The notes: generated by a model from the sequence alone, not told the origin. DNA of 32,000 nt from Zymomonas mobilis subsp. mobilis ATCC 10988 (GCF_000175255.2 NC_017262.1:1989774-2021773); one strand, 5' to 3'. Shown: positions 9,419 through 17,988, numbered from the stretch's first letter. Numbers and translations: made by a program.

Positions 9419-9551
9419 TCTTTCTTCATAGAGAGAAGCGGGACGGAAAGGAATACCGCTTCTTTTCCGGTATTATCCTTCTCTCTTTTTATTTGTGATA
9501 GAGGCATAATCACCATTCAAATGACAGGCTCTCTTCGCAAAGACGTTGATA

Positions 9552-9584
9552 AAAAGGCCGCCTGCCACAACAGAACGGCCTTTT
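9552..9584 (-). terminator. Terminator after the aminotransferase gene
   Basis: AAAAGGCCG (9552-9560) pairs with CGGCCTTTT (9576-9584). On the minus strand the stem is followed by TTTTATC. Confidence 0.6.
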
Positions 9585-9613
9585 CAGATTAAATAGAAGC
9601 AAGCCGACGACTG

Positions 9614-10954
9614 TTACCGACCTAATTTGGTCAGACTGCGATCAAGCGCTCCGGTTAACCAATCAATATCGCCACTCTGGAAGGCCAGAGGTGGCCGCAA
9701 TTTCAGAACATTACCATAAGGCCCAGCAACCGAGGTCAGAACATGTTCGTCGCGAAGCGCTTCGATCAGATCGAGTGCCAATTCTTTATCCGGTTCTTTG
9801 CTGTTGCGATCTTTCACCAATTCAAAACCGATGAACAGACCGGCACCCCGAACATCTCCAACGGATTCATGCTTATCTTGCAGTTTTTTCAGTTCACCCA
9901 AAAGTTCAGCCCCGACTTTTTGGGTATGGGTCTGAAGATTTTCTTCCTTGATGACATTCAAAACGGCAGAGGCCGCCGCCATTGAAACCGGATTGCCGCC
10001 GAATGTGTTGAAATAAGGGACATGGTTACTAAAGGCTTCCATCACTTCCTTGCGGGCGAAAAGACCGGAAACCGGAATACCATTCCCCATCGGTTTTCCC
10101 GTTGTTACGACATCGGGAATTAAGCCATGCCGCCCAAATCCCCAGAAAGATTCACCGGTTCTAACAAAGCCCGGCTGCACTTCATCGGCAATGAAAATAC
10201 CGCCATTTTTGTGGACGACATCAATCGCCTCTTTCAAAAATCCGGCTTCACCTGGCAAGACACCATCCGAAGAGAAAATCGAATCCGCCATAAATCCGGC
10301 AAATTTGATGCCATGGGCAGCCATATCATCAATCTGCTTTTGCATTTCGGCGGCAAACCATGCACCGGCATCTTGTCCTGCCAAACGATAATGGTCAGGC
10401 GCAGGCACCAAACGCGTATTCGGGGACAAATTTTGACCGCTACCAAGGGCAGGGGATGCGCCAGAGGTCAGAAAACTGGTACCGTGATAGGATTCCTGCG
10501 TCACGATAATGCCGGTTCCACCCGACCATTCACATGCGATCCGCATTGCCAGATCATTGGCTTCGGATCCGGTGCACATATACATAGCGCGATTGATTTC
10601 TTCCGGCATGGTTGCCAAAATCGCTTCGGAATAATCAAGGATCGTTTCATGCAAATAGCGGGTATGGGTATTCAACCGGCCCATCTGCTCATAAACCGCT
10701 TCGATAACGGCAGGATGGCAATGACCGATGCTGGCAACATTGTTATAAACATCCAGATATTTATCACCATTGGCATCCCATAAATAAGCCCCTTTTCCGC
10801 GCACCAGATGGACAGGACGGCGATAAAAAAGGCGATAGGATGCGCCCAAAAGATCTTTACGGCGCTCGGTCAGGGAACGCGTTGCCTCATCCAAAGCGGC
10901 GGCATGTTCATCCCGAAAACTGTTCGTGTCCATAATGGTAGAGCGACTTGACAC
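9614..10954 (-). CDS. Class-III (PLP) aminotransferase-fold enzyme of the AGXT2L/ETNPPL phospho-lyase subfamily
   Basis: The 446-aa ORF starts at GTG 10954, preceded by AAGGAG (10961-10966) at a 6-nt spacing. Blocks are shared with human ETNPPL as recalled: YLD..NNVA..GHCHP, TGSEANDLA.R.A, FIADEVQ.GF.R.G..FW.F, PD.VT.GKPMGNG.PV (PLP Lys), YFNT.GGNPVS, NVLK.RPP. Confidence 0.85.
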   Translation of the reverse strand: MSSRSTIMDTNSFRDEHAAALDEATRSLTERRKDLLGASYRLFYRRPVHLVRGKGAYLWDANGDKYLDVYNNVASIGHCHPAVIEAVYEQMGRLNTHTRYLHETILDYSEAILATMPEEINRAMYMCTGSEANDLAMRIACEWSGGTGIIVTQESYHGTSFLTSGASPALGSGQNLSPNTRLVPAPDHYRLAGQDAGAWFAAEMQKQIDDMAAHGIKFAGFMADSIFSSDGVLPGEAGFLKEAIDVVHKNGGIFIADEVQPGFVRTGESFWGFGRHGLIPDVVTTGKPMGNGIPVSGLFARKEVMEAFSNHVPYFNTFGGNPVSMAAASAVLNVIKEENLQTHTQKVGAELLGELKKLQDKHESVGDVRGAGLFIGFELVKDRNSKEPDKELALDLIEALRDEHVLTSVAGPYGNVLKLRPPLAFQSGDIDWLTGALDRSLTKLGR

Positions 10955-11173
10955 AGTATTCTCCTTTTCAGGATTAAAAAGAAAACTAATGTTCCAATTA
11001 TGTCAGTCGTCCTTGAAACAAACTTGACGGCAGAAGACATTCTTAATTTTTTTATGTCAAAAGTTTCGTCTTTTATTTCTTTGCGGTCAAAAAAGGGTCG
11101 TCTCCAGCCAAGTTATAAATCTCAACCTCTTCTTATCATGACTCCAGAAAATAAACGTTCAGGAGTCTGCCAC

Positions 11174-12184
11174 ATGAATTCCCGACATGCCGATAATCTC
11201 GACACCTCCATTCTTTCCCAATTGGCAGCGCAAGCAATGGAGGCCTATCCTAAAGCCTATCAGGGAAAAATCCGGCTTTTAACGCGTTCGGAAAATGCGA
11301 CTTTTCACATTGCGGCATCTTCCGGTGAAAATTATGCCCTGCGCCTGCACCGTCCCCATTATCACGATAAACAAAGCATTACGGGCGAATTGGCATGGCT
11401 GAAAGCGTTACAGGAAGATATCGGTTTAACGGTGCCGCAAGCTATTCCTGACCGCGATGGGGAAGTGATTCAAACCCTAAAAGCGCCCGATGGCGCGCTG
11501 CGCTATGCGGTGCTTTTCAACTGGGTCGAAGGCGAAATGCCAACGGCTGATCTTGACCCTTCGCTGTTCCAAAGACTGGGCGAAGTGACCGCCCATCTGC
11601 ATCAGCATAGCCAACGCTGGGAAAAGCCGGATAATTTCAAACGTCTTATCTGGAATCATGAAAATATGGTGGGTGCCGACGGCTATTGGGGCGATTGGCG
11701 CGCCACTCCGGGGCTAGATTCAAACGGCATTATCATTATGCGTGAAGCTATGGAGCAAATCGGGCAATCCTTGGAAAAATTTGGCCAATCTTCCGACCGT
11801 TACGGCCTTATCCATGCGGATTTAAGATTAACCAATATTCTTATCCATGAAGGCGATACAAGGGCGATTGACTTTGATGACTGCGGCACTGGATGGTTTC
11901 TGCATGATCTCGCTGCGGCGATCAGTTTTGAAGAACATAATCCGGCCGCGCCTTTATGGGTCGAAAATTGGCTGAAAGGCTATGATCGAGTTCAGTCCCT
12001 TTCTCGGGAAGAAATTGATATTCTTCCAGCGCTTTTCGCCCAAAGAAGAATCCAAATGACGGCATGGGTTGGATCTCATGCGGATACCGATATGGCGCGC
12101 AGTTTAGGGGGCGACTGGCTGGCACATACGGTGCGCTTATGCCGTGACTATCTTGACGGAAAAACACCGCTTGGTGCTGCCTAA
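11174..12184 (+). CDS. APH/choline-kinase-fold small-molecule kinase (COG2334, homoserine kinase type II-like)
   Basis: The ORF is open from 11000, but ATG 11174 has AGGAG (11161-11165) 8 nt upstream. It has the catalytic loop LIHADLRLTNILI followed by IDFDDCG (Brenner and DFD motifs of the APH fold). Confidence 0.8.
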   Translation: MNSRHADNLDTSILSQLAAQAMEAYPKAYQGKIRLLTRSENATFHIAASSGENYALRLHRPHYHDKQSITGELAWLKALQEDIGLTVPQAIPDRDGEVIQTLKAPDGALRYAVLFNWVEGEMPTADLDPSLFQRLGEVTAHLHQHSQRWEKPDNFKRLIWNHENMVGADGYWGDWRATPGLDSNGIIIMREAMEQIGQSLEKFGQSSDRYGLIHADLRLTNILIHEGDTRAIDFDDCGTGWFLHDLAAAISFEEHNPAAPLWVENWLKGYDRVQSLSREEIDILPALFAQRRIQMTAWVGSHADTDMARSLGGDWLAHTVRLCRDYLDGKTPLGAA

Positions 12185-12220
12185 AAAACGATCCAATCCA
12201 GACTCTCTTTTCAGACTTCC

Positions 12221-12270
12221 AATCTCTTCCTTCATAAAATTTCACTATTTTATAAGGAAGAGATTTTTTT
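12221..12270 (+). terminator. Strong rho-independent terminator after the kinase gene
   Basis: AATCTCTTCCTTCATAAAAT (12221-12240) pairs with ATTTTATAAGGAAGAGATT (12247-12265). That is a roughly 19-bp stem with one bulge and a 6-nt loop, followed by a T run to 12270. Confidence 0.85.
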
Positions 12271-12387
12271 AAATTTTATATTGCAATTTGATGACATAAT
12301 ATGATGTTATCCATTTAGGATATAATTTTGGGCATATTCATAGACTCATTATCCTGATGAACCGCATGCCAAGGAAAGTCTGGAAAT

Positions 12388-13458
12388 ATGACATCTTCTC
12401 TAAATACAGCTTTCTCGAAAACCCTCTCTTCCTTTGAAGAAGTCCATCATGGTGTTCTTGCCGCCGCTGGAAGCGGACTTGGCGATTTTATTAAAAAAAC
12501 AGGCGGCGATGCTGACCGTGTCTTTGGGTCATGCGGCGTGGATCCGGCGATTATGGAACGCCCAACACACAGCCTTAGCCTCACCAATTATTGCCGCTTA
12601 ATGGAAGAAGCCGCAATCGATTCCCAAAATGGTAATTTCGGGTTGCATTATGGCAAGCAATTCCAGCCACAAAATCTTGGGTTAATCGGTTATATCGGTC
12701 TCTCTTCTCCGACATTGGGTGACGCCCTTTCCAATGTTGCAAAAGATTTTCACTGGCACCAACATGATACCTTAACCCGCTTTGTAAAACGGGAAAATCA
12801 ATGGCATTTTGAATATCAGGTCAGACATGGTGCCATTACAAGACGGCGGCAGGATGCCGAGCTTTCTATGGGGATGATTCTGAATATCATCCGCAGCGCG
12901 CTTGGTTCTAAATGGACGCCGCAAGAGGTCAATTTTGAACATTATCGGCCAGAACAGGCACATGAACATGAAAAAGTGTTTGGTGCGGCAGTCTGGTTTG
13001 AACAACCCTGCAACTCTATTGTGCTTTCTGAAAAAGACTTGATGCGCCCGATGCCGGGTTATGAACCGGTCTTATTAACGGTAATGCGGGAAACCATCCG
13101 CCGTCTAAATCGCCATAATGTGCCGCAATCATTCCCTGAACGGGTGAGGGCGATCATCCGTATCATGCTGCCCCAAGACGACTTTTCTCTTGAAAAGATT
13201 TCCGAAAAAATGGCGATGACGCCTTGGTCTTTGCAACGGCGGTTGAAAGAAGAAAATGTCACTTTTCTCACGTTGATAGATTCCGTCCGCAAAGAAATGG
13301 CTATCGACTATATGAAGCAACCTCATCTAACGATTTCAGATATTACTTTTATGCTGGGCTATTCCGAGGTCTGCGCGCTTTCACGGGCTTTTCGGCGCTG
13401 GTTCGGTGTCAGCCCCCGTGCATGGCGTAAAAATTATGCCAGTAATGCCAAGGCCTGA
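12388..13458 (+). CDS. AraC-family transcriptional regulator (N-terminal ligand/arabinose-binding-like domain plus C-terminal HTH)
   Basis: The ORF is 356 aa. The C-terminal AraC HTH reads SLEKISEKMAMTPWSLQRRLKEENVTFLTLIDSVRKEMAIDYM...ISDITFMLGYSEVCALSRAFRRWFGVSP. AAGGA lies upstream of ATG 12388. Confidence 0.85.
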   Translation: MTSSLNTAFSKTLSSFEEVHHGVLAAAGSGLGDFIKKTGGDADRVFGSCGVDPAIMERPTHSLSLTNYCRLMEEAAIDSQNGNFGLHYGKQFQPQNLGLIGYIGLSSPTLGDALSNVAKDFHWHQHDTLTRFVKRENQWHFEYQVRHGAITRRRQDAELSMGMILNIIRSALGSKWTPQEVNFEHYRPEQAHEHEKVFGAAVWFEQPCNSIVLSEKDLMRPMPGYEPVLLTVMRETIRRLNRHNVPQSFPERVRAIIRIMLPQDDFSLEKISEKMAMTPWSLQRRLKEENVTFLTLIDSVRKEMAIDYMKQPHLTISDITFMLGYSEVCALSRAFRRWFGVSPRAWRKNYASNAKA

Positions 13459-13777
13459 ATAAAAGGTCGCTGATAACACATAATAGGGCTTTGTTTTGAT
13501 CCTGCACCGGAATTTTTCCGTGCGGGATAATTTTTATACCGCCTCTCGCATCCTTATTTCGTCCCTCTCACTTACCAGAAAACCCTTTTGATAAGCCGCT
13601 TTTGGGTTATTCCTCTTAATCGACAGAGTTCTTTAAAAACGGTAAATTATCACGAAAGATTAAAATTTATTTTCAATAAACAACAAATTGTCATTAAGGG
13701 TCAAGTTTATATGCTTTCATTGCCGATATGGTTTTCTTGTGACTATAGAAAATCCGGTAAGGGGAGAGTCCTCCAAG

Positions 13778-15187
13778 ATGCCAGAAAAATCTCCGAAGCT
13801 TTCAAAAACGCTTAGCTCTTTTCATCTCTGGGGCATCGCCGTTGGCCTTGTGATCTCAGGTGAATATTTTGGCTGGAGCTATGGCTGGGCGACCGCGGGA
13901 ACCATGGGTTTTCTGATCGCGACGGTTATTGTTGCGGCTATTTATACCAGTTTCATTTTCAGCTTTACAGAACTCACCTGCTCTATTCCGCAGGCAGGGG
14001 GGCCTTTCGCCTATAGCTTTCGGGCTTTAGGTAAATGGGGTGGTGCCATTGCCGGTATGGCAACCTTGGTTGAATTTTTATTCGCCCCTCCGGCTATTGC
14101 TCTAGCCATTGGTTCCTATCTCAATGTGCAATTTCCGTCACTTTCTCCCAAAATGGCGGCGGCCTGTGCTTATATCGTTTTCATGGCTTTGAATATCGTG
14201 GGTGTCAGAATCGCCGCGACATTCGAGCTTTTCATCACTGTTGCCGCTATTTTTGAATTACTGGTTTTCATGGGGGTCGTTGCACCTGCTTTTTCATGGG
14301 AACAATTCCTGCATGACGGCTGGGGTGTTGCCAGCCATTTCGACATTCAGGCCATTGGCGGGATATTTGCTGCTGTGCCTTTTGCGATCTGGTTCTTTCT
14401 GGCAATTGAAGGGGTCGCTATGGCCGCTGAAGAAGCCAAAAATCCCCGCCGTTCTATCCCGATCGCTTATACCGCTGGTATCTTAACGCTGGTTTCTCTT
14501 GCTTTCGGTGTGATGGTTTTTGCTGGTGGTTCTATGGATTGGCATCAGCTTGCCAATTTGAACGATCCACTACCTCAAGCGATGAAACATGTGGTCGGCG
14601 CGCATAGCGGCTGGTTGCATATGCTTGTTTTCCTCGGGTTGTTCGGGCTAGTTTCTTCCCTGCATGGTATCATCATGGGCTATGGTCGCCAGATTTTTGC
14701 CTTGGCAAGGGCAGGTTTTCTTCCGGCAACGCTTGGGAAATTACATATCAAACTGCAAACCCCTTATGCCGCGACTATCGCCGGTGGTTTAGTCGGTATC
14801 GCCGCTATCTTTGCCGATGATGTTCTTTCTTTCGGCGGTCATTCTCTGACGGCTATTCTGGTAACAATGTCGGTTCTTGGCTCGCTTACCATGTATGTGT
14901 TGAGCATGGCCAGCCTGTTCCGCTTGCGTCAAACCATGCCGGATTTACCACGCCCTTACAAAGCGCCTCTTTATCCTTTCTTGCCTGCCTTGGCGCTGAT
15001 TGGGGCTTTCTTCCTGCTCGCCGCCGTTATTTACTATAATGCCGGCATTTCCTTCATCTATGCGCTTTTAATGTGCATTGCCTGCCCGCTTTGCCTTTAC
15101 AGCTACAAGCGGAGCCAAAACAAAAAAACAGAAGAAAACGATATCACGACATCTGCTATTCTCGCTGCCGAGGGGGCGGAAGAATAA
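13778..15187 (+). CDS. APC-superfamily amino acid/amine permease, ethanolamine permease (Eat)-like
   Basis: The ORF is open from 13688, but ATG 13778 is preceded by GGGGAGAG (13761-13768). It has about 12 hydrophobic segments. The N-terminal blocks LWGIAVGLVISGEYFGWSYG, ELTCSIPQAGGPFAY and EFLFAPPAIALAIG match what I recall of the ethanolamine permease family. The subfamily call is from memory only. Confidence 0.78.
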   Translation: MPEKSPKLSKTLSSFHLWGIAVGLVISGEYFGWSYGWATAGTMGFLIATVIVAAIYTSFIFSFTELTCSIPQAGGPFAYSFRALGKWGGAIAGMATLVEFLFAPPAIALAIGSYLNVQFPSLSPKMAAACAYIVFMALNIVGVRIAATFELFITVAAIFELLVFMGVVAPAFSWEQFLHDGWGVASHFDIQAIGGIFAAVPFAIWFFLAIEGVAMAAEEAKNPRRSIPIAYTAGILTLVSLAFGVMVFAGGSMDWHQLANLNDPLPQAMKHVVGAHSGWLHMLVFLGLFGLVSSLHGIIMGYGRQIFALARAGFLPATLGKLHIKLQTPYAATIAGGLVGIAAIFADDVLSFGGHSLTAILVTMSVLGSLTMYVLSMASLFRLRQTMPDLPRPYKAPLYPFLPALALIGAFFLLAAVIYYNAGISFIYALLMCIACPLCLYSYKRSQNKKTEENDITTSAILAAEGAEE

Positions 15188-15231
15188 GCGGTCAACGCAG
15201 CGACTGTTTTTGTGAAAAAAGGATGTCCGAC

Positions 15232-16665
15232 ATGCGCTATTACACCTTATCTTTTTGCTTTGGTTGCTGTCTTATCGGCATGGTCGGCGTGCAATCGCCT
15301 GCCTTGGCAGAAGTCCAAACGGGCGATACGCCAACGCCACCGGCCGAACTTTTGCAAAAGGCTGCTCCTGACAAAGCTGACTATGAACAGTCACAAGACC
15401 CTGATTTACCCGCTCTTGAAGCGGGAAATCTGTTTCATAGTAAAGGCGGAAAACTTTCTTATTGGGACGGCCTTGTCGGTCATGCCATGATCGAAGGGGG
15501 TGCGAATGGAAACCCTGTTACCCATTCAGGCCGCAACTTCGGGCAGTATTTTACTGATAAATCCAATACAGGTACGCTTAACCAGATCACGGCTTCTATT
15601 TCTCATCCCGTAACCCCAATCGGAAAAGGCTATGGCATCGGCTTTGTTGTGGAAATGCTCTACGGTTCCGATGCGCGGGTCGATCCTACCTTAGGCATGG
15701 GGGACGGCGCTTTAAAAGGCGGCTATCAATGGGCGCCAACTCAGGCGCATATTGATGTTCATACCCCTTGGCTTTTCAAACATGGTATCGATTTCCAAAT
15801 CGGGCAGATGTATGGCTTGATGGGGGTCGAAGGTATCCCAGCCCTTGCACGTCCCTTCTACAGCTACAACTACAGTTCGGATTATATCGTTCCCTTTGAA
15901 ACGGTAGGGATCGTCGCGACAATGCATGTCTCTCGCGATATTGATTTCCTGCTTGGTATTGATTCCGGTAACGCGTCTACTTTCGGTAATGCGACCGTCA
16001 ATAAACAACCCAAAGGTTATGCGGGTCTCGTCTTTAAAAACCTGATGGATAACAAAATGACCATCCGCGCCATTTCCCATTTAGGGCCCGCGGGTAACTC
16101 CGGCACCGCTGTAACCTCGGCTGATGGCTGGACGAGTGCTGGTATCGGTTCGGCTGCCAATAAACTGATGCAATATAATGTTGAAGTCAGCATGAGCTAT
16201 CGCTTCACGGATAAAGTCACCTTTACAGAAGACATCATCGTCGATCGGGATGAATCCATCCGCGACACCGCTTATGGCTTCACCTCTTATGTGGCATGGG
16301 ATTTACGGAAAAACCTAACTCTGAATTTCCGTGGAGAAATCTTCCGTGATAATACTGGCGGGGTCATTACCCAATTTATTGGTAGCGATTCCTACAGAAG
16401 TTACCTCAGAAATCGGCCTTATGCTTATTACAGCGCCCCCGCGACCACTTATGGCGAGCTGACCGCTGGCGTGTCATGGAAACCGCCGGTTATCAACGAT
16501 CATCTGGGGAAGGGGACTTTCACTTTACGGCCAGAACTCCGACTGGATAGATCTTTAAACGGCACACATCCCTTTAACAGAAGTGCTTCGGTCATGAATC
16601 CGGTGGTTACAAACGGAACCCGAAATATGTTCTGGGTCAGTTGTGACGCGATCCTCAGTTTCTGA
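15232..16665 (+). CDS. Outer-membrane beta-barrel porin (unclassified)
   Basis: ATG 15232 is preceded by AAAGGA at an 8-nt spacing (alternatives ATG 15223, ORF start 15073). It has a signal peptide MRYYTLSFCFGCCLIGMVGVQSPALA/EV, alternating aromatic/polar beta-strand texture throughout, and a C-terminal ...AILSF ending in Phe, as in OMPs. Confidence 0.65.
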   Translation: MRYYTLSFCFGCCLIGMVGVQSPALAEVQTGDTPTPPAELLQKAAPDKADYEQSQDPDLPALEAGNLFHSKGGKLSYWDGLVGHAMIEGGANGNPVTHSGRNFGQYFTDKSNTGTLNQITASISHPVTPIGKGYGIGFVVEMLYGSDARVDPTLGMGDGALKGGYQWAPTQAHIDVHTPWLFKHGIDFQIGQMYGLMGVEGIPALARPFYSYNYSSDYIVPFETVGIVATMHVSRDIDFLLGIDSGNASTFGNATVNKQPKGYAGLVFKNLMDNKMTIRAISHLGPAGNSGTAVTSADGWTSAGIGSAANKLMQYNVEVSMSYRFTDKVTFTEDIIVDRDESIRDTAYGFTSYVAWDLRKNLTLNFRGEIFRDNTGGVITQFIGSDSYRSYLRNRPYAYYSAPATTYGELTAGVSWKPPVINDHLGKGTFTLRPELRLDRSLNGTHPFNRSASVMNPVVTNGTRNMFWVSCDAILSF

Positions 16666-16734
16666 TCTTCGAACAGAAAGGGCATCTATCTTAATTTAAA
16701 GGGGGGATAATGAATAAAGGTGGTATCAAATAAA

Positions 16735-16810
16735 TGGTGCCGGGTGAGGGACTCGAACCCCCATGGTCGCTACTTACAAGGTAGGTGCCTAACCATTCGG
16801 CCAACCCGGC
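16735..16810 (-). tRNA. tRNA, most likely tRNA-Thr(UGU)
   Basis: The reverse complement is 76 nt: GCCGGGT-TG-GCC..GGC-..CCTAC-CTTGTAA-GTAGC..GGGGG-TTCGAGT-CCCTC-ACCCGGC-A-CCA. The acceptor and T arms are perfect and CCA is encoded. The only workable anticodon stem puts UGU in the loop (U33, A37). Its top pair is a C:C mismatch and the variable region is 6 nt, so the isotype call is less certain than the tRNA call. Confidence 0.75.
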
Positions 16811-16963
16811 AGTGATTCGTCTTTCCAGTAAAGCATTTTGATAGAAAAGGGAATCGCTACTTCGCAAAAAAAATCAATTTTTTCCAAATTTTTATAACTT
16901 TTCAAGCTGTTGCAGGATTCCTCTCCATAAAAAACATTTTCCTCGAGAGAGGAGGCATCTTTT

Positions 16964-17704
16964 TTGGCTGATAAACGCTTTTTTGGAACAAAGACGTTTC
17001 CTAATCAAGAAAAGGCTTTAAAAGCTAAGATTATGAATAATGATGCTTTCATAAGCTGGATTGAAAAAAATTTAGGCCATCGGCCTAAAGATCCGGCCTT
17101 GTTTTTACGAGCCATGACTCATCCCAGTCATGGCAACAGCGATTATCAAAGATTAGAGTTTTTAGGCGACCGTGTTTTAGGATTGGTCATTGCCAATTGG
17201 TTATACGACCTGTTCCCTCGCGAACCGGAAGGCAAATTGTCCCGACGATTAAACAGCCTTGTTTCAGGGGCTAGCTGCGCCAGCATTGCGCGGATTGTCG
17301 GACTTCCTCAATGGCTCCGTCTGGGAAAACAGGCGCGCGATGACGGCGCGGCGGCCTCTGACAATGTCTTGGGCGATGTGATGGAAGCCATGATTGGTGC
17401 CATCTTCTTGGAATCCGGTATCGAAGCCGCAGGCAAACTTATTCATAAATACTGGGCGCCTTTGGTGACGGGACAGGAATCCGCCCCGAAACATCCGAAA
17501 TCGGCTTTGCAGGAATGGGCAGCCGCCCATAACCGCCGCCCGCCTGTTTATGAAATTGTCAGTCGGACAGGCCCCCAGCATAATCCTTGCTTTACCATTC
17601 AGGTTTCTATTGCCGGTGTCGGTGAAGCCAGTGCCGAAGGCTCTTCAAAGCAGGAAGCCCAAACGGCTGCTGCTCAAGCGCTTTTGGATATTTTGGCGCA
17701 ATAA
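16964..17704 (+). CDS. rnc: Ribonuclease III
   Basis: The product is 246 aa. TTG 16964 is preceded by GAGAGGAGG (16945-16955) at an 8-nt spacing; ATG 17033 is an alternative start. It has the RNase III signature QRLEFLGDRVLG, the catalytic DVMEAMIGAIF block and a C-terminal dsRBD (PKSALQEW...GPQHNPCFTIQV...GSSKQEAQTAAAQALL). Confidence 0.92.
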   Translation: MADKRFFGTKTFPNQEKALKAKIMNNDAFISWIEKNLGHRPKDPALFLRAMTHPSHGNSDYQRLEFLGDRVLGLVIANWLYDLFPREPEGKLSRRLNSLVSGASCASIARIVGLPQWLRLGKQARDDGAAASDNVLGDVMEAMIGAIFLESGIEAAGKLIHKYWAPLVTGQESAPKHPKSALQEWAAAHNRRPPVYEIVSRTGPQHNPCFTIQVSIAGVGEASAEGSSKQEAQTAAAQALLDILAQ

Positions 17705-17926
17705 CAAGGACGGCTTAAAGCCTGCCCGCTTTTACCATTGACCGAATACAGGCCAAGGGAACAGCTCTATTCTTGTGTAAAAAGCTATCTTTCCGGCTAT
17801 TCTTGCCTTCTTTATTCCGATTATAGCCGGATCTCGCCCAATAAATTAGACGCCAGAGGTGAGGGCATATTGGCTTACTCACAGCTTTTTATTCAACAGT
17901 AGTGTATGATATAACGCTCATTAAAA

Positions 17927-17953
17927 CAGGCTGCCTTTTTAAAAGACAGCCTG
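17927..17953. terminator. Hairpin downstream of the 170-aa ORF (possible bidirectional terminator)
   Basis: CAGGCTG (17927-17933) pairs with CAGCCTG (17947-17953) around a 13-nt loop. On the minus strand it is followed by TTTTAATG. Confidence 0.4.
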
Positions 17954-17988
17954 CTGTTCGTTGCCGATTTTTCGTAAAATTTTAATGG

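Noticed and set aside
10127-10783. 218-aa plus-strand ORF, and other antisense ORFs within 9614-10954 and 1303-3510
   Set aside because: They lie opposite strongly supported genes, have low-complexity Arg/Gly-rich translations, and have no SD.
11000-11173. N-terminal extensions offered by the ORF track (11000 for the kinase, 13688 for the permease, 15073 for the porin, 23412 for rpsD, 21264 for aguB, 18885 for the SDR)
   Set aside because: The extensions lack family-like sequence, overlap upstream genes or terminators, and internal ATGs with good SD sequences give N-termini matching the families.
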